From Diadema antillarum (lineage: Eukaryota): 64,000 nt of DNA. Of this stretch, positions 23,801 to 35,200 are shown one piece after another; the first letter of the stretch is position 1, and each line of letters starts with the position of its first letter. The stretch is taken from contig NW_027271595.1 of assembly GCF_040938485.1 (NCBI RefSeq), positions 434,001 to 498,000 on the forward strand, in the 5' to 3' direction. A program made the position numbers and the translations under genes. The notes beneath the pieces are model-generated. The model worked only from the letters and a program-made list of their open reading frames with translations, was not told the DNA's origin and made no database searches.

Positions 23801-24564
23801 GTAATTGTTTTGCAGGGTACCAACTAGGAGAGCACGGAGAATGGAGTAAGTGTTCCAACTTTGAAGTGGCAACGAGAGTGCCTCTAATAGTGCACGTTCC
23901 TGGGATGACCGACACAAAGTTTCCACAGTTAAAGGCTAAATTTCCTCTCAGAGATCCTTTCCAACAGGCTTCCAAGAACATAAAGGAGAAATCAAAGCCA
24001 ACATCTAAACTTCCAGTTGGTGCAAAGAGACGCTTAAAGGGTGATATTGGAGTGGCAGTTGAAGAGCTGGTAGAACTGGTGGACTTGTTTCCAAGTCTGT
24101 CTGAGCTGGCTGGGCTGAAGGTACCACCTGTTTGCCCTCCACAGCCATTCAAGGTGGACTTCTGTGCAGAGGGGAACAGTTTTGCACCCCTGGTAAAGGC
24201 ACACAGCAGACAAGAGATCAAGCAAGAGTTTTCCAGATGGAAGAATGCTACCTTCAGCCAGTATCCCCGGCCAGGGACGACCCCGAGCGTCTACACAGAC
24301 CTGCCTAACCTAGAGATCATCACTGTCATGGGTTATTCCATGCTGACTGAAGACTACCACTACACAGAATGGGTCGGATTCAACGGCACCACGATCAAAG
24401 CTGATTGGTCGGATGTGAAAGCGAGGGAGCTTTACATCAGAGGCGTGGACCCACTGGAGGACAACAATGTGGCAGATGAAAGCGAGTATAAGGACTTGGT
24501 GCTGAAGTTGAGTCAAGAGTTACAAAATGGATGGCGCTACTCCCAGCCTGTCATGGCCAACTGA
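11821..24564 (+). CDS. IDS: Iduronate-2-sulfatase, copy B (8 coding exons)
   Basis: Exons 11821-11878 ([20 protein letters not shown], signal peptide), 12483-12625, 13324-13501 (VCGPSR), 15057-15145, 21345-21484, 21860-22124, 23306-23432, 23816-24564. All GT-AG with the same phases as copy A; no stops or frameshifts; AATAAA at 24657-24662. Confidence 0.93.
13524..14460 (-). mobile_element. 5'-truncated L2/CR1-group LINE (C-terminal ORF2 plus 3' tail)
   Basis: ORF 14453-13728 with [35 protein letters not shown]; 3' end AAGCGCTTTG..GAAAAAGCGCTATATAAAT then (TAT)n. Confidence 0.85.
15186..16325 (-). mobile_element. 5'-truncated CR1/L2-group LINE, second family
   Basis: ORF 16319-15906 ([28 protein letters not shown]); AATAAA then a (TTGAA)n tail at 15186-15230. 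Confidence 0.75.
16442..17583 (-). mobile_element. hAT-like non-autonomous element with internal ~167-bp minisatellite (copy 1)
   Basis: 8-bp TSD CTATCGTA at 16434-16441 and 17584-17591; termini CAGGCGCGCCGGAAG..CCTATG; reverse complement of 19195-20709; N-gap inside. Confidence 0.85.
17691..19063 (+). mobile_element. HINE-like element, third family, with ~330-bp tandem cores
   Basis: 5' GCTCACCTGAGCCAAAGGCTCAAGTGAGC hairpin; 3' CTCAGGTGAGC subterminal IR (19031-19041) plus short stem-loop; T-rich flanks; about four core repeats. Confidence 0.75.
19195..20709 (+). mobile_element. hAT-like non-autonomous element with internal ~167-bp minisatellite (copy 2)
   Basis: 8-bp TSD GGTACTAG at 19187-19194 and 20710-20717; TIR CATAGGCGCCGGAAG / CTTCCGGCGCGCCTG (12/15 match). 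Confidence 0.88.
22173..22320. mobile_element. Small TIR element with degenerate (CCCTAA)n interior
   Basis: AGGGCAATTACCCC ... GGGGTAATTGCCCT enclosing CCTAACCCTAACCCTAA-type repeats. Confidence 0.6.
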
Positions 24565-24748
24565 AATTAGCAAGACTTTCCTGAGACCATGTATATTATG
24601 TTATACTTTAACATGTTATTTGACCATTTGTCAAATACATAAGAAATTCAAAAAACAATAAAATACTTTTTCTGATGGCACAATTTTTTTCTCTTGCATT
24701 TGCGAAGGACACTAAAAAGAATATTTACTCAAAAAATGTGCCTTTTTT

Positions 24749-26110
24749 ATGCCTCCGCCACGAAGTGGAGCTGGAGGCATTATGTTTTCGGGTTGTCCGT
24801 CCGTCCGGCCGTCCGTACGTCCGTACGTCCGTACGTACGTCTGTACGTACGTCCGTACCGTATGTACGTCCGTCCGCTTTCGTTTACGCGATAACTTGAG
24901 TAATATTTACTGGAATTTTACCAAACTTGGTCCAAGTATGAAGTATGATGGGGCAATGATTTGATTAGATTTTGGGTGAAATCGGCTAAAGGTCAAAGGT
25001 CAAAGGTCAAGGTCAAATCATGAAATTTATCCATTTATGCGATAACTCAAGACTGTATGGAGCAAATTTCACCAAACTTTGTTGGAGGATGATGTATGAT
25101 GGGACAATTACTTGATTAGTTTTTCAGTGAAATCGTACAGAGGTCAAAGGTCAAAGATCAAGGTCAAATCCTAAAATTTATCTGTTTACGTGATAACTCA
25201 AAACTGGATGAATCAGCTTTCACAAAACTTGGTCCAAGGATGATGTATGATGGGACAATTAGTTGAGTAGATTTTAGTGACATTGACAAGAGGTCAAAGG
25301 TCAAAAGGTCAAGGTCAAATGCTAAAAATGTTGCTATTTCCCCCATATCTATGCAATGCCCACAGTTATTTTCTTGAAACTTAGTGTAGACATGTACTAC
25401 TGCATAAAGATTCTCCAGAGAGAGTTTCATGTCATAAGGTCAAAAGGTCAAAAGGTCAAAGGTTAGGTGAAAATGTTGCAATATCACTTTTCTCGCATAT
25501 GGTTCAATGTATCTTCATGGAACTTGGTACATATGCATGTACTGACTGGCAGGGATTATCTAGGGAATTTAGGGGTCATGGGTCAATAGCCAGGGGGTCA
25601 AAGGTCAAGGTCAACTCCTCAAAATGTTACTATTTCCCTCATAGTATATGCAATGATTGCATTATTAGTTTTAAAATTTAATATATGTACATGTATTACT
25701 TAATGGAGATTCTCTTGGACATTTCAAGCCAGAAGGTCAAAGGTCGAAGGTTAAGGGTCAAAGGTTAGGTTTAAGTTAAAAAAAAAGAGATATTTTGTAC
25801 TGTAATTACACACTTTCTTCATATCTTGAAAATTATACTCAATGCATAAACTTATAATAAGGTCGGTCAGAAGTCAAGTAAAAATTTTCAATTCCCCAAA
25901 TATGTGTACCTGCACTCTCTAATAGACAATTATAGCAAACCCAGTTCGTGGAAAGTGAACATTCAAGATATTTCTGACAAACCTGCTATTTCGATATTTT
26001 GCCAGTTATGTGAAACTGTCATCACACATTGTGAAGACATTGTACTATACACCTATTGGGAGAATCATGTATTATGGCGGAGGCATCAGTCGCCGTAGCG
26101 ACATTTCTAG
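24749..26110 (+). mobile_element. Complete HINE/Helentron-associated element
   Basis: ATGCCTCCGCCA 24749-24760 / TGGCGGAGGCAT 26075-26086 subterminal IRs; 3' hairpin GTCGCCGTAGCGAC 26089-26102; (CCGT/ACGT)n tract; ~150-bp cores; T-runs on both flanks; no TSD. Confidence 0.8.
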
Positions 26111-26460
26111 TTTAGCTTTATTTTATAATAATACCAAAATGTCTGATTTCATGCATCATTATGCATAAATTAGCATAATTTAGCATAAATGATAATTTGT
26201 TTAGAAATTAACTTCATGGTACTTTAGACTACGTCATGGTTAAGCAATGTGTGTGCCAATTTGCATGGCGATCGCGCGGTCGACGGCTGAGATCTGGAGG
26301 GGGGGGGGGCCTGGGATAGCTGAATAGCAATAGCTGAATAGTGTACAATTTTGTTGAAGGTAATTTCAAAATGAAAGCATAAATCAGTTTCATTAAATTC
26401 AAGATTTATTTTTGAATTAGGGTTCAGATTTTGATCTATTTTCAACCCTCTGTAGAAAAC

Positions 26461-26880
26461 TTTAACTTTGCACAGGGGTCAATTGGTGTGTATGGTTGTG
26501 TGTGGTTAACATGCAGACAATGGTCCTGAACAATGGCCAGGATTGGAATGCTCTATTACATATTCACAAGAAATTCCACTATCACAGCTAGTCTTTATTC
26601 ATCCTGAAATGTAGTGTATGCAAGCACACAAAAACATGTGCTTTAATACTTTTTTCATGTGCATGCAGTTTACCCTTTACCATTAATTCAGACTAGCAGT
26701 GCCCAGGGCAATTCGTCATGAATTATTAATCAAGCATTCAAGTGCCTTGGAGCAAGAGACCAGAAATGTAGTCAGCAGAGCTCTGAAAAGGTGGTATTCA
26801 TGGTATTCTTGTCCATTGTTCAGGGTCATTGTAAGCACACATTGACATACACATCATTGGCTCCTGTGTAAAGCTCAATT
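26461..26880. mobile_element. Degenerate TIR element
   Basis: Left ACTTTGCACAGGGGTCAATTGGTGTGTATG..CCTGAACAATGG matches the reverse complement of the right end (GCTTTACACAGGAGCCAATGATGTGTATG..CCTGAACAATGG). Confidence 0.55.
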
Positions 26881-27095
26881 TTGTACAGAGGGTTTAAATT
26901 TGACCAAAATCTGGAACTTAACTTTCAAATTAATCATGGATTTTGTGAAACTTCATGCTTTTATTGTCGATCACCTCCAACTAAATTGTACACTATTCAG
27001 CTATTACTAATATCAGACAGTGATATCTGATATATAATTTTTTAGCTATTAGGGATCAAAAGTGGGAAATGTTTTTTTGTAAAACCTAGCACATA

Positions 27096-27299
27096 CTGTA
27101 AAACAATATTTTCGAGGCATGAAATTTTTGCGAATTGGAGCCGATGGCCTTTTTCGCAGCATGAAATTTTATGAGCTGCCTCTAACATTCAGGGCGTATA
27201 GTGTAGACAAGAACTTTCATGTGCATTTTGATTTTGCAAATCTTGGCTCTTGCAAAATTCACAAAATTAAAATGCACGCAAACATTCCTAGTTTTACAA
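27096..27299. mobile_element. TA-flanked CTGTA..TACAG MITE (Tc1/mariner-like)
   Basis: TA|CTGTAAAAC..GTTTTACAA|TA; homologous copy at 56431-56637. Confidence 0.65.
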
Positions 27300-27930
27300 T
27301 AGTCATGGAGTCAATAATACAGATGATGTTGGCCTTCTGAGCAACATTACTACATGTACATCGACAATCAGTTTACTACCAGGTATGTTTTGAGCACTGC
27401 ATACACCTATTTGTAAATAGTGCCTAGTGTTGTGTTAGTGAAGTGTGTAACCCGAGTACCAAAAATATTAACGTTAAGCTCAAATAAATATTTTGTTTCT
27501 TAATTGTTGCAATCAGAATACAACATATATGGAGTGTGTAATCATTAGATATGATACTGGTAGAAGTATCAACATTATGTGTTTCTTAATTCTGAGGTTG
27601 AACCTCAAATGGACTTGTGTAGGGACGATTCCAAGTCAAAGCTGCTACACATACATCTACATTGCAATGGCTATATTAAAGTGCACTTTGTGAGGGAAGA
27701 ATTATTTAATGGTGCCTATTCATGCTCCATATTCTATTTTGATGTACATATCTTTAAAATGATATGCATTAATCATGCTCAAGCTTAAGCTGTATATTTT
27801 GCATTTTGATAGAGGCAATGCTAAGAGTTTTGATTGACGTAGCAGTCATAAAATTTGTGTACTAACTTTGGCTGTATGTTGTATTGTAGGATACCACGGG
27901 CACCTTCAAGCTTTGAATTGAGGATTGTCA

Positions 27931-28350
27931 ACTCACCTGAGTCAAAGACGAAGCTCCAAATTCAAGAATCTTTGCAAATCTTCTTATTGAACCAGAAGTG
28001 ATAAGCTAAGTTAGTGCTATGAGTGAGTGGATTGGTGGCTGTCTTTTTCAAATTTTGTTCATGGAAGTTCGGGGGGGGGGGGGGGGGGCAAATTGGGATC
28101 AAATTTTCTGGCTTTCATCTGCTCTTTGAAAATTAGTGCATGGTCAAATTCCCTACACACTTGGCAGGTATTATGGCAATTGTGATATAATTTACAAATG
28201 GACACCATGCCTCCCTGGAGGCTCCATGTAACATAGTCTGCAAGAATGTGTGGAAGGTGAACTTGTGATAGTTGGAGTTTGCAAGAATGTGTGGAAGGTG
28301 AACTTGTGATAGTTGGGTGAGCACTAGATCCATGATTGGTGTCTCTTTGT
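27931..28350 (+). mobile_element. Decayed relative of the 17691-19063 HINE family
   Basis: CTCACCTGAG start, AACCAGAAGTGATA..GCTAAGTT core motif, GGTGAACTT..GGTGAGCACTAGA end. Confidence 0.6.
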
Positions 28351-29508
28351 GTTTTTCTTCCATCCCATTAAAACAAATAAGGATAACGATTGAATAGAAA
28401 CTGTGTCAAAGTATTGCTCTAGATCAAAAACTTCTACCAGTACACATGGTTTTGTAGTCTAAAATCTGGTACTTTTTGATGGAGCCTTGCAGTTTTCATT
28501 AACCCTATTATAACTGGGCTATTTGAGACCAAGTTTTTACTGGGGGGGGGGGTCAATTTGACCCGGGAACGGTGTACCCGGAGATCGCAAATTTGGTCTC
28601 AAAATATGCGGGAGACTTCAATGCCTGGCACAGTGAAGTATTGATTGATTTGGTTTGATTGCTTATGGATGGAATAAGGGCATATGTAAAATCTTACCTA
28701 GCTATCTGCGAAATGTGTTTGCTTGATGTTAGACATTTGATAAATGATTGATTTAAGTTGCTGTACAGGGAAACCCAGATATAATGAGTTTGCTCATGAG
28801 GTACAAGTACCACTTATAACAAGCTAAAATCAGTGGTCCAGAATTTGGTCCCACTGACCTTGTTAAAACAGGGTTTTCCTGTGATGTAGACTATTCATTT
28901 AATACATTCTTCTACACTCGGGTCATTGAAATGAAACTGAAATCAACCGTGTGAATCACACAGCAAAGCTAGTTTTGCATTTGGCTGTGGCGAGTGTAAT
29001 GAACTTTATGTTGTGTGCCATTCTTCATGTTTGAAATAATGCTGTATGGGTAGGCTACTACTACTTAGGCATCACTTTTAACAGTACTATTTGTGATTTC
29101 CATGGAATTATGGCAATACATGTAATAAAATTAACACACATTTTATGCATTTGCATCTGTTGTAAATTATTTCCCATTGATGTTTGTATGAATTTGCTAG
29201 AATGATTGCTTTCTGATCATAATTAACCCCATTTGAATACTGTAAGAATGGATATTTTCGTGCGACTACCCGGCCGGGAAAATTTTCACTTTTACAGTAA
29301 ATGTCCAGAAAAAGTTTGTACAGTGATAATTGTGGCTACTATGACAACAGCTAGGCAACAGAGATAGAAGAGCTTGTTAGATGTTGCTATGGTAGCTTAT
29401 ATCATGGCAACTGCAAATCTCTGAACAATAGACAAAACACACAGACACAGACACAGACCACACACCACATCCCACACATACGCCACACACACACATGCTC
29501 ACAGAGTA

Positions 29509-29676
29509 CTGTATGAGCTGAATTTTTCGCGTACAGATATTTTCGCGCATTGCTACTTGGAGGACATTTTCGCGTGTTGTTAATTTCGTGGTTGCGTGGG
29601 TCTAAATGAACTTAGTTATTCACGCGTTGTTATTTTCACGGTCCAAAGGCGATTCGCGAAATTTCAGCTCGTACAG
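29509..29676. mobile_element. TA-flanked MITE
   Basis: TA|CTGTATGAGCTGAA..TTCAGCTCGTACAG|TA; relative at 40386-40592. Confidence 0.7.
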
Positions 29677-30581
29677 TACATTTTGTACACATACTCACAC
29701 CTACAGTGCACTCCCATAATAATAAACACGGATACATGTATTGTATAACAAAACTCTTGTTGCAAGGAAGTAAAAATTGAAGTCCTAAGATTATCACTAA
29801 TCTATATCTTTATTATTTATATACCGGTACTATATTGTTTGGCTATAATGAAATTTCGATATAATGAAAGAAAGCTGGCAGTTCCAAGGACTTCATTTCA
29901 AACAGAGCCGTGCATCTGTACCACACACACACACACACACACACACAAGAGATGTATAATTTCAACTTTGTCATTTCGAATGGCAATGCGTTTTTACTAC
30001 AGTATGTGAAATACATTTTTAGATTACAGTCAATACAGGGTTTACTGAGATATGCTCTTTCTGTCTTGTTTTATGTGTTTGTGTGTTAGTGCCCACATGA
30101 TAGATTGGTTTTATATGAATAGTTGGATCCATGTTCATCATGGGTCTTTTCTACATTCATGTACATTTACTTGTGACAGTACAGCCCTATCAGATCTGGT
30201 AAACACACCCACAATGTAAATGCGCAAGTGCTGACGTAAAGGTTGTAATTTTATTGGTCACACACTCTTCAATGCAATCGGGTGGATAATTTGTTGCAGG
30301 ACGATCTCCATTCACAACATTAAATGGATGTAGCTCTTCAAGTATACAGTGTACAATATTATGTCACGTGTTGACCACCTCTGAGGCATCAACTCTGCAG
30401 TGAATTCTACTAACAACTGGCGGGGCACTAATAAAAACAACTCTTATCTAGTTTGATGAAGAGCAAGTCGCACAACATTCACAACTCTTCCAGTTTTGAG
30501 AGAATACCAATTTGAGCTTAATCTACAGTAAGACTGGTTAATCCATGTTGAGTATGGTTGTACTTGTATGATGTAATTAAT

Positions 30582-30962
30582 AAATTACTCAACTCTACAG
30601 TGTATGTGTGCCTATCATAGCATCCATGGAAGACACATAGCAAATGGATAAAACCAATTTTATTCAGTCAAGACAATGGTAAAAACGAACATTCCTGCAC
30701 CCTCCTAAAAACATATCTAATTTCATTTACTACCCCAGTATACTGCACCACTTCAATTCTGCTAGTTAAATTACTCAACTCTGCAGTGTATGTGTGCCTA
30801 TTATAGCATCCATGGAAGACACACACCAAACAGATCAGACCAATTCTATTCCTGAAGTCAAGACAATGGTAAAAATGAACAGAATTCCTACCCCCTCCTA
30901 AAAAAAAATATCTAATTTCATTTACTATCCCAGTATACTGCACCAATTCAATTCTGCTACTT
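30582..30962. repeat. Two-unit tandem duplication (~185 bp)
   Basis: AAATTACTCAACTCT(A/G)CAGTGTATGTGTGCC... at 30582 and again at 30767. Confidence 0.85.
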
Positions 30963-32239
30963 AGAAACATATTTCAAGAATATCTGAATGCTCAAGGTTG
31001 GTTTACACAGTTATGTATGCAGTGTAGATCTGAATGCATACTGGATTGCATGGATTTGCAAAGAATTTGACATGGTTACAAAATTTTCTGCAGACTGACA
31101 GTAATTCAAAACAAAACACTGATAATTACACATGTGTGTCAGTTATAGTAATTACCAAGAGAATCCCCAGTTTAAATTTGTTGTGCTGTCTTTATAGAAA
31201 ATGTTCTCTCAAACGACACAAAATTCTTTGTGTGATTAATCATTTATACGCATAAATATTCTATACACTCCAATATGCACAGGTAAGTGCACATGAACTG
31301 TGGGCACGACAGGGCTTATTTTTCATAATAATTTCAAGGCTTGTGTGTATATATCATTACAGAAAAAACAACAACAATACTCCTGTGAAGATGTATGTGG
31401 TGTATACATCACATCCAATATACTGGAGAGAAAATGTAATGGCCATATCAGAAGCATGACCAACTTTCATTTGCACAATACTTTCTTCTGGCAAAAGAAA
31501 GATCCAACACTTCAGTGTTTCCATTAAGATATGTATTGAGGTATCTAAATATCAATACACCTGTAGGTAAAATAGCTTTCGGAAAGCAAGGTGCACATAT
31601 ATGCAGTACGTACATTGACAAAAGCACTGAAAGGTCATGTAAGCACAATATCAATCTTTTTTTTTTTTCCCCACAAAATTACCACCATGCTTCTAAAATC
31701 TGGTGGGGTGTACAGGCATTGATACCTGAACAAGATTCACATACTAAGTATTTGGTAGTAGCTGTGTACGTGTATATAAGTGATAAGATGGTCTACATAA
31801 ATATTGGTCTGTTTTTCGTCATACACACAATCCAGTGACTTCTACAGCATGGAACAGCATTGTTATATTGCCTGCAATGATGTCACATCAGGTAATATAA
31901 TCCAGAATTTGACTAGCTGCAAAAGGAGATTGAATAAATTTATGTGTATTCATGTAGACCATATAACAAATATCACTATGTCTGATCACTCCCCCCCCCC
32001 CCCCCCCCCAAAAAAAAAAATACTTGCCCTCATAGTGTGAAGCGCTTCTCAAAGATATGATCTCTTCAGGAAAATATAACTCCTGTAGGGATGTCAAGTG
32101 CTTTAATGCACCTCCAAAGAGGCAATCTTTGCATAATACAGCTGTGCATTGAGCTGCATATCGACTATCACCATTATTCTCTGCTGCACATTCCCTCATC
32201 TATTGGCACTGATAACACCTCCAAAACGCTAAAATGGTA

Positions 32240-35200
32240 TCAACTGTGTCGGTCTTTCCACATCCTCAATTCCCCTGGCTTCATGGACTGGTCCACTCCG
32301 CAGATGGGGGTGGCATCGTAGGGAGATATTGTGTAGCCATTCTCGTAGAGGAAAACCTTCTTGCAGGCCTCAAATGTCATGAACATGAAACCAGCATAGG
32401 GTGCTATCTGGAAGATAGAGAAAGAGAGAGAAAGAGCATGAGAGAAGGGGGGGGGGGGGGAATAGAAAAAAAGCAATACACAAAATGTTCATCATTTCAT
32501 TTCAAATTTGCATTTGAGTACGGACTCTCTTATAATCCCTAATATTATATAAGTTGGTCATATACCAGTTGAGTTGGTATTAAAATGGATAATTAATTGT
32601 ATGTGATAGTGGACCATTTGCAGTGGTCTTCCAAGATCACATCATCACTAGACATATATTATGGAAAAAGAAACTAACAATACAAAACAAAACAAAACAG
32701 AATGAAATACGCACACATTATTGTGCATGTGTCAGGGTTCGCAAAATAATGGCAAATTAGAAAAGCAGCAAAAATGATGTTGGGGGATGTGATTTTGGTA
32801 TATGTTGTGGACATGAGACACTAAAGTTGTGTACAGTCGGTTGTGAATTTATTACAACCATCTTACGTTTGGTTTAATGGTGATGCTTTGAAAATGAGAA
32901 ATTCATGTTGGCTGTGTGTGCTACTGCCAAATTTCTTTGACTATCCTATATAACAGTCCATAATAATGATCTTTCCCCCCCCCCCCTTTTTTTTTGGGGG
33001 GGGGGTGGGGGTATAAAGAGAATGTTCTCACCACAATGTTTGAAATGCCACTTTGTTTCCACACTTATCAATCATTCTGCAGATTCTGCCTCTTTCCATC
33101 CTTCATTTTATGTAATGGTGTTTACAAAGAAATAATATCAAAGACCCCCCTCCCACCTTGCATAGATTTGCTGTGTTTCCTCGCCAGAATCCTTGCCAGC
33201 CGTATGTCGTCTTGATAGCTCTGTAGCATCCTACCATGCCATGGAAATTCAGATCTACCCCACCTCCATTCTTCATCACTCTGCTCTGGGCCTGGGGAAA
33301 AAAAAGGAAGAAAAAACATTTGTAACATCAAACCCTTTTAGACCGGAATTCATAAGCAACATTTGATACAAGGCATTGGAGAAGGAAAGTTGAAGATGGT
33401 ATGAAATCCCTCTCACTACTCTCCCACATCAAATCTTTCAAACAGCTCATTTTGAAATACAGTGCACAATCTCATAGAAACAAGCAACTCTGCATTTTTG
33501 TAAAATAGAATAAAATTGGCATATCATTGATCAAAAACCAGAAGGGCTTTATCGCAATTTTTTTTTTTTTTTTTTTTTTTTTTTGGGGGGGGGGGGGGAG
33601 GGGGATGGGGTATTGAGTTATTGGTATCATGTATTAGAGCTCCATTTGCGATACACTATGCTGTCAATTCTAATTATTTTCATGTCTAGTAAAATGCTAA
33701 AAATTAACACCGCATGGGTGCTATTTTACCTCATATTTGGAATAATGTATACATCTACCCACTTTTGATTTAAATTAACTTTTTATTGATGAAAATCAAT
33801 TGTATAATTTTCTTTTTTTCAAATGCTAAAATCTTAGAACGCGACAGCGCCCCTCTGGTTCTCAGCAGATGATATCATTGTAGTGTTGTTGTTGTTGATT
33901 TAAAGAAAGAAAGAAGAGAGAAATTGTAGCGTCTATGGATGAGAATCTCTACCTGCAGCTTCTTCCTGACTGTGTCGAATGGATAAGACAGTGTCTGTGC
34001 AATAGCACCAGCAAGGCATCCATTGATGAAGTTCTCCAGTGGAGTCAGCATGTAGCGAGGTTTGGAAGAAAACATGTCCAGAAACTCATAGGCAGCAAAC
34101 GTTCCAGCACTGAAGGGTATGGAGCCTATGGAAAGATTTATTTTCAAAGGTAACTCAGATGTTGATTCAATCTTCTTTTTTTTCTTCATTTAAAGGGTAT
34201 GTACACAGTTCTGGTTGAGGTGAGGATTTAGCTTTTAATGTTTTGCGAGATATTCAGAAACCACTCTATGAGATGTCAATGAGCATGCAATTCTAAGGGG
34301 TATCAAAAGTTTATTTGATGAAAATTGGTTTTGAAATGGCTGAGATATCCAAAAACAAGGTGAAACAGAGAGATCCTAATAAAAGGCGTGGCCTGTCGCC
34401 TTCTATTATTTTCAATTTTTTTGATATCTTAGCCATTTGGAAACCAATTTTCATCAAATAAATGTTGAATCCTTCTTAAAATTACATGCTCTTTCATATT
34501 TCATAAGAGGTTTTTCCTTATCTCACTTATTAATGTTATAAACCTGAATCCCCACCTCAACCAGTACTGTACAGTCCCTTTAAAGACATCATTGATATTT
34601 GTTGATTTGGCAAGAGTTCTGTTGTAATAGTGGACCGGATTCAATGATGAACAGAGGACATAGTTGTTTAACGATAAAATGAACAACTTTAATCCACTAT
34701 CACAAACTAGCGTCATGTAATGACTGCTGCTCTGACCGTATCACTCAAATATAGAATACATGGAATATGCGTACACTTGTGATAAATGTAGTGCGCTCAT
34801 ATAACACAACATCCCCCTCCTTCTGAAAAGATACAATCACGAATATTTTTAAACTGCACTTGTACTTAATTATGAAAACATTCACATTGATCTTCCAAGT
34901 ATTATAAATGTGAATCTCTAACACAGAATGCTGAAAAAATGGAGGAAGCTTGTTTGAGATTTGCATAGATACGTTGAATTACAATCAGGCAGGCAAATAA
35001 AATCTATTCTTCTTGAAACAGCTGGTCTCACAAATGCAATGTACCAGAAATTCTTTTTATCAGTATAAGTTTTTACATTTCTCATATATACTGAACAAAT
35101 CTCGACATATCTGGTATCGAAAGATAAGACGAATAAAACGATAACATTATTCAAACTTATTGTCACAAAATGCGTGCAGTTTAACGTACACCAGCATATT

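Noticed and set aside
1-26110. Mirror-image HINEs beyond both IDS 3' ends as relics or breakpoints of the inverted duplication
   Set aside because: Only the first ~45 nt are shared; the cores and the distances from the stop codons (1.9 kb vs 0.18 kb) differ, so these are independent insertions.
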